DNA of 19,755 bases, from the NCBI GenBank assembly GCA_015522145.1, contig WAMV01000006.1, positions 1-19,755 on the forward strand, in the 5' to 3' direction. Shown here piece by piece: positions 1-7,809 of the stretch. The notes beneath the pieces were generated by a model. The model was not told where the DNA came from, ran no database searches, and saw only the letters and a program-made list of their open reading frames with translations. Position numbers and translations under genes: made by a program. The DNA comes from Candidatus Aenigmatarchaeota archaeon. GTDB lineage: Archaea; Aenigmatarchaeota; Aenigmatarchaeia; CG10238-14; WAMV01. How positions within the stretch are numbered: position 1 is the stretch's first letter; each line of letters starts with the position of its first letter.

Positions 1-130
1 GTATGATGACTTAATGGATTTTCTAGAGTATAACAGAAGAGATAGAGAAGAAGATATATACTACAGCCTTGTCTACTTAAACAACAAAATAGTTAAAGAA
101 AAACTAAATCGATATTCAGTTTTGAAATAG
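1..130 (+). CDS. 3' end of a hypothetical protein, truncated by the window start
   Basis: Frame 2 is open from base 2 to TAG at 128-130 (...YDDLMDFLEYNRRDREEDIYYSLVYLNNKIVKEKLNRYSVLK*). No recognisable motif. Confidence 0.5.
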   Translation, partial: YDDLMDFLEYNRRDREEDIYYSLVYLNNKIVKEKLNRYSVLK

Positions 131-211
131 GAAAAATGATATAACACACCAAGGCTGTAATAGAGACTGTGGCAAAATCAGTTTTTTATATTCAATAGAA
201 ATTTTAATAGA

Positions 212-285
212 GGCCCCGTGAGGTAACCCGGATAGCCTGCCGGGCTTCGGACCCGGTAGTGTGGGTTCGAATCCCACCGGGGCCA
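212..285 (+). tRNA. tRNA-Arg(TCG), intronless, CCA not encoded
   Basis: Acceptor stem GGCCCCG/CGGGGCC plus A73. D stem AGGT/GCCT with A20 (Arg identity element). Anticodon stem CCGGG/CCCGG with loop CT-TCG-GA. T arm GTGGG-TTCGAAT-CCCAC. TTTATA lies about 25 nt upstream. Confidence 0.95.
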
Positions 286-1389
286 TTAACGGTATTTGTA
301 ATGCTCCTCAAAAAAGCCCAAATCCCGCCATAGTTTCAAAGTTATTAAATCAATTGGTATTTTGCCTTTAGTCTTGTCGGAAATAGTGGATTTTACACCT
401 TTTATGTAGTCAATATCATTCATCTGTCTTAGGATGTAATCTAAGAAGGTTTGAGCTATCATAGCTTTGGATTTTTTCTCATCTAAACCTCTGGACATGA
501 GATAAAAGAGCTTTTCTTCATCTATCTGTAATATACTTGCACTGTGCGTAGCTCTAACATCTTTATTCTCAATTTCCAGCATAGGCAAGGCCTGTGCTTT
601 AGCATTCTTATCCATAACCAGAGCGTGTAAAGAAAGATAAGAGTTCGAGTTTGTTGCTCTTTTACCTATTTTAGCCATTCCCTTTACGATTAAATTGGAA
701 TTGGAAAAAGCAACAGCCCTGCTCAGAACTTTAAGGTTGGATGTGCCAATGCTATTTATTTCGAAATAAATGTCCTGTTTTTCGTCCTTTGTTAAAAGTG
801 ATACATGCTTAACAGACGCTTCCGAGCCTTTATTACCTACAACAACGAATCTATGCCTAGAAAATTTATCAAAAGTAGCTACATTCATATTGAGTTTGCT
901 TTGATTTAGAACAAAAGTAAAGTGATTAAGCGTTAAATTTTTGGTAGTACTGGTTACAAAAAAATATACTTTGCTATTTTTGGCGGTCAAAAAAAGAGAA
1001 AAAGAGTTTAAATTTCCTAAATCCTTGTCTATCTTAAGAAAAATTCTTAGCTTGGAATTTTTAACATCTAGCCACAGTTTTGTAAAATCACTAACCTTGG
1101 GAGAGTAGTCCAAATTAAGAGTAACTTGTTTTTTGTTGACTGGAAGGAAAATAACGTCTTTTATTTTACAATAATTGTAAAGTAGAAACTTGTCCTTCAC
1201 CACTTTAAGTTCTTTTTTGGCCGCTTCAAGCCTATTGATTTTTTTTGTTTTTAAATCATAAGGTAAACTAACTTGATTGAATTTATAATTTCCCACTATC
1301 TTATCAGGATTGAAAAATGAAAATAATGAATTGTACTTGAATAACTCTTGTTCCACGCTTAATTTTTCATACTCTTTACAAAAGTTCAA
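286..1389 (-). CDS. sufD: Fe-S cluster assembly protein SufD
   Basis: C-terminal half has SufB/D motifs (A-x-P-x-LEI, V-x-A-T-H-S-A, EEKLFYLMSRGL). TTG start overlaps the sufB stop, with a GGTGGTG SD-like element upstream. N-terminus is divergent. Confidence 0.88.
   Translation of the reverse strand: MNFCKEYEKLSVEQELFKYNSLFSFFNPDKIVGNYKFNQVSLPYDLKTKKINRLEAAKKELKVVKDKFLLYNYCKIKDVIFLPVNKKQVTLNLDYSPKVSDFTKLWLDVKNSKLRIFLKIDKDLGNLNSFSLFLTAKNSKVYFFVTSTTKNLTLNHFTFVLNQSKLNMNVATFDKFSRHRFVVVGNKGSEASVKHVSLLTKDEKQDIYFEINSIGTSNLKVLSRAVAFSNSNLIVKGMAKIGKRATNSNSYLSLHALVMDKNAKAQALPMLEIENKDVRATHSASILQIDEEKLFYLMSRGLDEKKSKAMIAQTFLDYILRQMNDIDYIKGVKSTISDKTKGKIPIDLITLKLWRDLGFFEEHYKYR
479..516. repeat. 38-bp perfect direct repeat, copy 1 (inside sufD); copy 2 at 1510-1547
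   Basis: TCATCTAAACCTCTGGACATGAGATAAAAGAGCTTTTC is identical at both positions. It encodes EKLFYLMSRGLD(E) on the minus strand. Confidence 0.93.
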
Positions 1390-2786
1390 CCAACACCACC
1401 CTTTATCTCTAACTCTATTAGCCTTTTAAATTCTATAGCATACTGAAGAGGAAGTTTCCTTATGAAATCGCTAAAGAATCCAGAAACAATCAAACTCATG
1501 GCTTGATCTTCATCTAAACCTCTGGACATGAGATAAAAGAGCTTTTCCTGGCTCAGCTTTCCCACAAAAGCTTCATGAGCAACGCTTGATTCCTGATTTT
1601 GTACATTTGTGTATGGATAGGTATTTGTTTTTGATTTTTCATCGATAAGCAAAGCATCACATTTCGCTACTGCTTTGCTTCTTGCTGCTTCTTTAGCTAT
1701 TGAGATTAATCCCCTGTAGTTTGCTTCTCCTCCTTCAGCACTAACACTCTTGGCTACTATTTTTGATGATGTGTTTTTGGCTAAATGTACAGCTTTTGCC
1801 CCTGTGTCCTGTATCTGTCCTTTGCCAGCATAGGCAACGCTTATTATCTCTGCCTTAGCATTTTCTCCACGCATGTAAACACTGGGGTATTTCATGGTTA
1901 TCTTACTGCCAATATTGGAATCCAACCATTCTATCGTAGCATTTTCAAAAGCAACACTACGCTTAGTAACCAAATTGTATACGTTTTTACTCCAATTTTG
2001 TAAAGTAACATATCTTACTTTAGCTCCAGGCAAAGCTACTATTTCTACTACTGCTGCGTGTAAGGAACTTTTAGAATAAACCGGTGCTGTACATCCTTCA
2101 ACATAAGTAACTTCTGCTCCCTCATCTGCTATGATTAAAGTTCTTTCAAACTGTCCTGCTCTGGAGATATTTATTCTGAAATAGGTTTCTAGAGGATAAG
2201 GAACCTTAACGCCTGGGGGTACATAAATAAAGGAACCACCACTAAAGAAAGCGCTGTTCAAAGCAGCAAACTTGTTGTCGTTTGGAGGAACTATCTTGCC
2301 GAACCACTTCCTGAAGATGGGATGGTTTTTCAAACCATCTTCTGGGTCTGTGAATATAACGCCCAACTTTTTTAATTCTTCCTTAATTCTCCTCAGTACA
2401 ATCTCGCTATCAAACTGGGCTGATAGGCCAAGTAAATATTTTTTCTCAACTTCAGGAATGTTAAGTCTTTCATAAACCTCTCTTATCTTTTTCGGCAGTT
2501 CTTCCCATGTCTTAGCTCTGTTAACTTCTGGTCTGGCATAGTAAATTATGTTCTCAAAATTTATACCGCTTAAATCAGGCCCCCAGCTGGGCATGGGTTT
2601 CTGCAAAAAGTATTTCAGAGCTTTTAGCCTAAATTTCTGAATCCATTCATGCTCCCCCACTTCCCCCTTCTCTCTGGACAATGCTCTAACCATTTCCTCA
2701 TTGGGATATCCTTCATAAATTGCATCATACCCTACCTTTGTTCTAAAACCATATTTTTCCCTATATTTTTTGTTAAGCTTCAGCAT
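1386..2786 (-). CDS. sufB: Fe-S cluster assembly protein SufB
   Basis: Motifs DNKFAALNSAFFSGGSF, GQFERTLIIA, YVEGCTAP, SLHAAVVE, CDALL, HEA. The ATG at 2786 is preferred over the GTG at 2795 because AGGTGA (SD) lies 5 nt upstream of it. Confidence 0.96.
   Translation of the reverse strand: MLKLNKKYREKYGFRTKVGYDAIYEGYPNEEMVRALSREKGEVGEHEWIQKFRLKALKYFLQKPMPSWGPDLSGINFENIIYYARPEVNRAKTWEELPKKIREVYERLNIPEVEKKYLLGLSAQFDSEIVLRRIKEELKKLGVIFTDPEDGLKNHPIFRKWFGKIVPPNDNKFAALNSAFFSGGSFIYVPPGVKVPYPLETYFRINISRAGQFERTLIIADEGAEVTYVEGCTAPVYSKSSLHAAVVEIVALPGAKVRYVTLQNWSKNVYNLVTKRSVAFENATIEWLDSNIGSKITMKYPSVYMRGENAKAEIISVAYAGKGQIQDTGAKAVHLAKNTSSKIVAKSVSAEGGEANYRGLISIAKEAARSKAVAKCDALLIDEKSKTNTYPYTNVQNQESSVAHEAFVGKLSQEKLFYLMSRGLDEDQAMSLIVSGFFSDFIRKLPLQYAIEFKRLIELEIKGGVG
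1510..1547. repeat. 38-bp perfect direct repeat, copy 2 (inside sufB)
   Basis: Identical to 479-516. The bases flanking it differ between the two copies. Confidence 0.93.
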
Positions 2787-3513
2787 ATTTCTCACCTAAA
2801 ACTTTTGCATAGCCATATTTTTCAATATTCTTAGCCAGCTTAACATTGCCTTCTTTGACTATTTTGCCCCCCACCATAATATGAACTTTATCGGGTTTTA
2901 TGTAATCAACTATTCTGCTGTAGTGGGTTATGATTAAGAAGGATCGATATTTATTCATTAAGCTCTTTATTGCTTTAGATATTGTTCTTAGGGCATCAAC
3001 ATCCAGTCCCGTATCGAACTCATCCAGTATCGCTAGTCTTGGTTTGAGAAGCAAAAGCTGCAGAGCTTCTGCCTTTTTCTTTTCTCCTCCCGACATATTA
3101 TAGTTAACATCTTTGTACAGAAAGTCTTTGGGTAAGTTAATTTTTCTTAATGCTTCATCTATTTCCTTATCTGCTATCTTTTTGCCTAGAACGTTGGCTG
3201 ACGTGTTTATGAGACTTGCTAAAAACAAGCCTTCTATAGCTATGGGGTTCTGAAAGCCTAGAAAAATACCTAGCTTAGCTCTTTCATTTGGCTCTAACCT
3301 GGTTATGTTTTTATTCTGAAAATAGATTTTGCCTTTTGTAACCTTGATTCGTGGATCGCCCATTATTGTAAGAGCTAGTGTACTTTTACCAGAGCCATTA
3401 GGTCCCATGATAAAATGAATTTCGCCTGCTCTAATAGAAAGATTTATCCCATTAAGAATTTTTAGTTTTCCTATTTTTGCGTGCAAATTCTGAATCTTAA
3501 GAAGTGTTGACAT
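2773..3513 (-). CDS. sufC: Fe-S cluster assembly ABC ATPase SufC
   Basis: Walker A GPNGSGKST, signature MSGGEKKK, Walker B ILDEFDTGLDVDAL, IITHY and PDKVH. First gene of sufCBD. Confidence 0.96.
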   Translation of the reverse strand: MSTLLKIQNLHAKIGKLKILNGINLSIRAGEIHFIMGPNGSGKSTLALTIMGDPRIKVTKGKIYFQNKNITRLEPNERAKLGIFLGFQNPIAIEGLFLASLINTSANVLGKKIADKEIDEALRKINLPKDFLYKDVNYNMSGGEKKKAEALQLLLLKPRLAILDEFDTGLDVDALRTISKAIKSLMNKYRSFLIITHYSRIVDYIKPDKVHIMVGGKIVKEGNVKLAKNIEKYGYAKVLGEKYAEA

Positions 3514-3555
3514 AAAACATTTTTTATAATTACTTTCAAATTTAAATTTGGTACT
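3514..3555. promoter_or_regulatory. Divergent sufC/sufS promoter region with two TATA-like boxes and a 14-bp palindrome
   Basis: TTTATAAT (3523-3530, +) and TTTAAATT (3546-3539, -) each sit about 26-33 nt before the respective ATG. No SD is present, implying leaderless mRNAs. CAAATTTAAATTTG at 3537-3550 is a perfect palindrome. Confidence 0.55.
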
Positions 3556-4770
3556 ATGTTAGATATGAATAAAATAAAAAAAGATTTTCCAATTTTAAGG
3601 GTCAAAATAAACGGAAAGAGACTAGTTTACTTGGATAATGCTGCAACCTCCCAAAAACCAAAACAGGTTATTCAAAAACTGGTAGAATATTATGAATGTT
3701 TTAACGCTAACATCCATAGAAGCATACACACGCTTGGTGAAATGGCTACTGAAGAGTTCGAAAAAGCAAGAAAAGAAGTTGCCAAATTCATAAACGCCAA
3801 AGAAGAAGAGATAATTTTTGTTAAAAACTGCACAGAAGGTTTAAATCTGGCTGCTTATACGCTGGCTAGAGAAATTAAATCTGGAAATATTGTTACTAGC
3901 ATAATGGAGCACCATTCTAATTTTGTGCCCTGGCAGCAGTTGTGCATAAGGAAAAGAATGGAATTCAGAGTTGCTGACATCAATGAAGACTTCACACTAA
4001 ATTATGAAGACCTTTATTCAAAAATTAATAAAAGAACCAGAGTTATAGCATTAACACACGTATCAAACATTCTGGGAAGTATTAACGATATAGGGAAAGT
4101 AGCCAAAGAGGGGGGGGATGCCTATTTTGTTGTGGATGCTGCACAATCCGCTCCCCATCTAAAAATAAATGTTAAAAAGTTGGACGTTGATTTTCTAGCT
4201 TTTAGTGCACACAAAATGTTTGGGCCTACAGGTGTGGGTGTTCTTTATGTTAGAAAAGACGTAGCAGAAAGGCTAAACCCATTTTTGTACGGTGGGGAAA
4301 TGATAAAAGAAGTTTACATAACCAAAACAAAGTGGAACAAATTACCTTACAAATACGAGGCTGGTACGCCTAACATAGCTGATGTGGTTGCTTTTGGTGA
4401 AGCTATAAGATATCTAAGAAGAGTCGGAATGAATAAAGTAAGAGCACACGACAAAAAAATATCTAAACTTGCCTTGAGGGAATTAAAAAACATTAGAGGT
4501 CTAAAGCTCTATGGACCTACCAAAGTAAAAGACAGGATAGCCATATTTTCCTTTAATATTAAAGGGATACACAGCCACGACGTAGCTCACATTCTGGACT
4601 CAGAAGGCATAGCTGTCAGGAGCGGTCATGGTTGTGCCATGCCTTTAATGAGAAGACTTGGTGTAAACAGTGTTGCCAGAGCAAGCTTTTACATCTACAA
4701 CGATGAAAAAGATTTAGAAGCGTTGATAAAGGGAATAGAAAAAGTTAAGAGGGTGTTTAAAGTTGATTGA
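3556..4770 (+). CDS. sufS: Cysteine desulfurase SufS (group II, PLP-dependent)
   Basis: YLDNAATSQKP, MEHHSN, DAAQS, PLP-lysine motif SAHKM, EAGTP, catalytic RSGHGCA, RASFYIYN. Confidence 0.96.
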   Translation: MLDMNKIKKDFPILRVKINGKRLVYLDNAATSQKPKQVIQKLVEYYECFNANIHRSIHTLGEMATEEFEKARKEVAKFINAKEEEIIFVKNCTEGLNLAAYTLAREIKSGNIVTSIMEHHSNFVPWQQLCIRKRMEFRVADINEDFTLNYEDLYSKINKRTRVIALTHVSNILGSINDIGKVAKEGGDAYFVVDAAQSAPHLKINVKKLDVDFLAFSAHKMFGPTGVGVLYVRKDVAERLNPFLYGGEMIKEVYITKTKWNKLPYKYEAGTPNIADVVAFGEAIRYLRRVGMNKVRAHDKKISKLALRELKNIRGLKLYGPTKVKDRIAIFSFNIKGIHSHDVAHILDSEGIAVRSGHGCAMPLMRRLGVNSVARASFYIYNDEKDLEALIKGIEKVKRVFKVD

Positions 4771-5134
4771 AGAAATTTATGCGGAAAGGATACTGGACCA
4801 TTACAGGAATCCAAGAAATTATGGAAAACTAAAGAAGTATGATGTGAAAGCCAGAGATGTCAATATTCCCTGTGGAGATGAGATAGAAATTTTTGTAAAA
4901 ATGAAGGGAAATAAAATTGGAAAAATCAAATTTACGGGCCATGGATGCGCAATAAGTCAGGCTGCGGCCAGTATCCTTAGTGAAATAGCAAAAGATTTAC
5001 CAAAAAAAGAAATAGAAAAGATGAGTTACGAAGACTTCATCAAAAAACATCTAAAAATAAACATCACTTACAGAAGATTTGGATGCGCAACTCTAGCTTT
5101 AAGAGTATTAAAAAATGCCTTAAAGAAATTATGA
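4763..5134 (+). CDS. sufU: SufU/NifU-N family sulfur-transfer or scaffold protein
   Basis: ILDHYRNPRNYG, N-x-x-CGD, GCAISQAAAS and R-x-x-CA give three conserved Cys plus the Asp. TTG start with GAGGGTG SD, overlapping the sufS stop. Confidence 0.92.
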   Translation: MIEEIYAERILDHYRNPRNYGKLKKYDVKARDVNIPCGDEIEIFVKMKGNKIGKIKFTGHGCAISQAAASILSEIAKDLPKKEIEKMSYEDFIKKHLKINITYRRFGCATLALRVLKNALKKL

Positions 5135-5493
5135 TGGTAAAAACGTTAAACATCGACTCAGAAGGAAATATTGAGAAAATTATAGCAGAAGTTGTGAGTT
5201 ATTTAGAAAATGAAGATGTTGTAGTCGCATTACGCAAAAAAACTAGAATAAAAAGAAGAATCTGGAGAAGTCTACATGCTAAAAAAATAATAGCCTTGAT
5301 GAAGGAATATTTGAAAAGAGAAAATATGGGTGATATGGAAATTTATGTTTATAGACATTCCAGATACAAAACTTATTTTTCGAGAAGACCTTTCGAAGAA
5401 ATAGAGAAAGAGTTGAAGTTGAATATTCCTTCTTACCACATTATCCAAATAAAGAATGGTTACATCAGCCATGAGTTTAGAAAAATTAGATAG
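5131..5493 (+). CDS. Hypothetical basic protein (120 aa), third gene of the sufS-sufU unit
   Basis: ATG at 5131 overlaps the sufU TGA (ATGA coupling), so it is preferred over the 5083 start. It fills the gap to the tRNA-Val promoter. No recognised family. Confidence 0.75.
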   Translation: MMVKTLNIDSEGNIEKIIAEVVSYLENEDVVVALRKKTRIKRRIWRSLHAKKIIALMKEYLKRENMGDMEIYVYRHSRYKTYFSRRPFEEIEKELKLNIPSYHIIQIKNGYISHEFRKIR

Positions 5494-5527
5494 AAATTTA
5501 AATAACAAGTTAATGAAAATTATTTGA

Positions 5528-5599
5528 GGGCCCGTAGTCTAATGGCTAGGACGCCGCCTTGACGTGGCGGAGGTCCAGGTTCGATTCCTGGCGGGCCCA
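5528..5599 (+). tRNA. tRNA-Val(GAC), intronless, CCA not encoded
   Basis: Acceptor stem GGGCCCG/CGGGCCC plus A73. D stem GTCT/GGAC. Anticodon stem CCGCC/GGCGG with loop TT-GAC-GT. T arm CCAGG-TTCGATT-CCTGG. TTTAAATA box at 5497-5504 is preceded by a purine-rich BRE-like run. Confidence 0.96.
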
Positions 5600-5629
5600 C
5601 TTTTAAGTTTTTAAATTTATACTATTTTT

Positions 5630-6889
5630 ATGGCCATAGTGGCACCAACTCCTGTCTATAGCAAGGATATACTTTTTGAAATGCTTCTCGCGTTAGCTTT
5701 AGGGGCACTAATAGGATTGGAAAGAGAAAGAAGGGCTAAAGGAATTGTTTTTGCTGGAATAAGAAGCTTTACTTTAGTGACTTTCCTTGGATATTTTACT
5801 ACTTTCATATCTTTTCTGGTGCAGAGTAATCTGTTTTTAATCTTAACGTTTATTGGCATAGTAGGTATAGCTATGGCTAATCATTATGTATATCTACAAA
5901 AGAAACAAAAGAAGGGGATAACAACAGAGCTTGCTTTCATCATATCTTTCCTGATAGGAAGCTTGATTTTTTACGAAACAAACACATACGTTGTCTCTAT
6001 ATTTAGCGCGGCTGCCTTAACTTTTATTCTGTTTTTAAGAGAAGAAAGCCATAGATTTGCTAAAAGAATAAAGCCTATAGAACTTTTCGATGCTCTGGTC
6101 TTTGCTTTACTTGCTTTTGTTATTTTGCCTTTGCTCCCAAATTATTACATTGATCCCTGGAATGCCTTAAATCCAAGAAGGATATTTTTTGCATTTACAT
6201 TAATCATAGGAATTAGTTGGTTGGCATACATACTCTTCAAAATACAACCCAAGAGAGGGGTTCATCTATCTGGTTTAATTGGTGGGCTCATAAGCTCCAC
6301 AGCAACTACTGTTGATGCAGTAACTCATTTTAAAAGGAATCCAAAGTTGGCGGTGTTGATATCGGCCAGTGCCAGTTCAGTTATGTTTTTCCGACAATTT
6401 TTGATAATAGGATTAATTAGACCGGATATAGTTGTCTATTTTTGGCCTTTGTTATTAATAGGGATTGTCGGAACTATTTTTTCTCATGCTCTTATAAAAA
6501 TAAAGAAGGAAACCAAAATAGAGCTTAAAAGTCCTATAAAGTTTAAGCCAGCTTTCTATTTCTTAATAATGTTAACTTTAGTTTTTTTCATATCCAAATT
6601 TTTGCTTACGATTCTTGGAAGTGTTTCAGCAAATTTGATAGCATTTTTTATAGGTATACCAGAAGTCGATGCTCCAACAATAGCATTCTTAGATGCGGGT
6701 CTATCAACAGAAATATTAATAAGTAGTGTGTTGACTATAAGTTTGGCAAACACTTTGTTTAAATTATCACTTTGTTATATTATGGGAAATCGAGAAATTT
6801 TTAAAGAAGCTGTTAAACCCTTCCTAATATTAATCGCTTTATGTGTTATTTTTATTGTGAATCCTCTAGCCGCACGAATTTTTATATAA
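5630..6889 (+). CDS. MgtC/SapB family plus DUF4010 multi-pass membrane protein
   Basis: N-terminal LGALIGLERE...AGIRSF and GITTE (MgtC-like). C-terminal ILPLLPN, GLIGGLISSTATT, (E)VDA and ANT-x-x-K (DUF4010-like). Many hydrophobic segments. Confidence 0.88.
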   Translation: MAIVAPTPVYSKDILFEMLLALALGALIGLERERRAKGIVFAGIRSFTLVTFLGYFTTFISFLVQSNLFLILTFIGIVGIAMANHYVYLQKKQKKGITTELAFIISFLIGSLIFYETNTYVVSIFSAAALTFILFLREESHRFAKRIKPIELFDALVFALLAFVILPLLPNYYIDPWNALNPRRIFFAFTLIIGISWLAYILFKIQPKRGVHLSGLIGGLISSTATTVDAVTHFKRNPKLAVLISASASSVMFFRQFLIIGLIRPDIVVYFWPLLLIGIVGTIFSHALIKIKKETKIELKSPIKFKPAFYFLIMLTLVFFISKFLLTILGSVSANLIAFFIGIPEVDAPTIAFLDAGLSTEILISSVLTISLANTLFKLSLCYIMGNREIFKEAVKPFLILIALCVIFIVNPLAARIFI

Positions 6890-6912
6890 AATTTGAATAA
6901 GATTTAATACGT

Positions 6913-6987
6913 GCCCCCATCGTCTAGCCCGGCCAAGGACGCCGCCCTCTCGAGGCGGAAACGCGGGTTCAAATCCCGCTGGGGGCA
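6913..6987 (+). tRNA. tRNA-Glu(CTC), intronless, CCA not encoded
   Basis: Acceptor stem GCCCCCA/TGGGGGC plus A73. D stem GTCT/GGAC. Anticodon stem CCGCC/GGCGG with loop CT-CTC-GA. T arm GCGGG-TTCAAAT-CCCGC. TTTATATA at 6881-6888. Confidence 0.96.
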
Positions 6988-6990
6988 TAT

Positions 6991-7794
6991 TTATAATGAG
7001 GAATTAGGGGTTTCTTTGGTAAATACTCTATTATAAAAATCTAATGTACATTTCTTTTGAAAACCAAATTTAGATAGAAATTTTTCTAATTTTTCAACGT
7101 TTGGTTTTGTTGATTCAATAATAAGCACCGGATTGCTCTCTTTTAATATTTTTTTCGCTCCTTTAACAACATTTAACTCGTGACCTTCAACATCTATTTT
7201 TATTAAGTGAATTGTATTGAGCGGGATTTTGTTTTTCTTTATTAGATTATCTAAGGTTATAGCTTTCACTTTTATTTTGCCTTTTTTTGCCACTCTAACA
7301 GCCCCTGTATTCATATTTAGTTCTGATAAAAAAACTTCACGATTTCTATCAGAGATTGCAAGATTAATAGGATAAACATTTTTAATGTGGTTGATATGTA
7401 GGTTCTTTTTTAAAACACTAAAATTTTCAGGAAACGGCTCTATAGCATAAATCTTGTTAAAATTTTTTGAAGCTAGTATAGAAAACCTCCCTGTATGTGC
7501 CCCCACATCTAGAAATATATTGCCAGTATTTTGAATAATAAATTTAGTCGTTTCTGGTTCGTAAAATCTTGAAAAAAACAAAAAATCTAAAGTTCGGGCT
7601 CTAGTGAAAAATTTGTAATTGTATAATTTAACTATATTGTTCTCTATTAGGCGGTTTGCTTTTTCCTCTTTTATCCCAAAAAGTTTAAAGATTTGCCTCA
7701 GAAATATATAAGTAAACAATTTCGATTTTTTATGAGCATTAAAAATTATCTCAAAATCCCTCACTCTGTGGACTAAAATCTCCTGAATCTTCAT
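6991..7794 (-). CDS. FkbM family SAM-dependent methyltransferase
   Basis: YEPET, FLDVGAHTG, AIEP, NLAISD, TLD, IKIDVEGHELNVVKGA and P-x-LIIE motifs. Confidence 0.92.
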   Translation of the reverse strand: MKIQEILVHRVRDFEIIFNAHKKSKLFTYIFLRQIFKLFGIKEEKANRLIENNIVKLYNYKFFTRARTLDFLFFSRFYEPETTKFIIQNTGNIFLDVGAHTGRFSILASKNFNKIYAIEPFPENFSVLKKNLHINHIKNVYPINLAISDRNREVFLSELNMNTGAVRVAKKGKIKVKAITLDNLIKKNKIPLNTIHLIKIDVEGHELNVVKGAKKILKESNPVLIIESTKPNVEKLEKFLSKFGFQKKCTLDFYNRVFTKETPNSSL

Positions 7795-7809
7795 ATATAA
7801 AATATCGAA

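Noticed and set aside
165..188. Hairpin plus T-run terminator after the partial first CDS
   Set aside because: The stem is only 4-5 bp (ACTG/CAGT), and the T-run doubles as the tRNA-Arg TATA region, so it is too weak to call.
1785..2834. Short + strand ORFs 1785-2003, 1894-2079, 2272-2475 and 2649-2834
   Set aside because: Antisense shadows of the well-supported sufB and sufC genes, with no motifs.
5272..6753. Minus-strand ORFs 5272-5508, 5656-5859 and 6556-6753
   Set aside because: Antisense to longer, better-supported + strand genes.
212..6987. Split, permuted or intron-containing tRNAs
   Set aside because: All three fold as continuous 72-75 nt cloverleaves with 7-nt anticodon loops.
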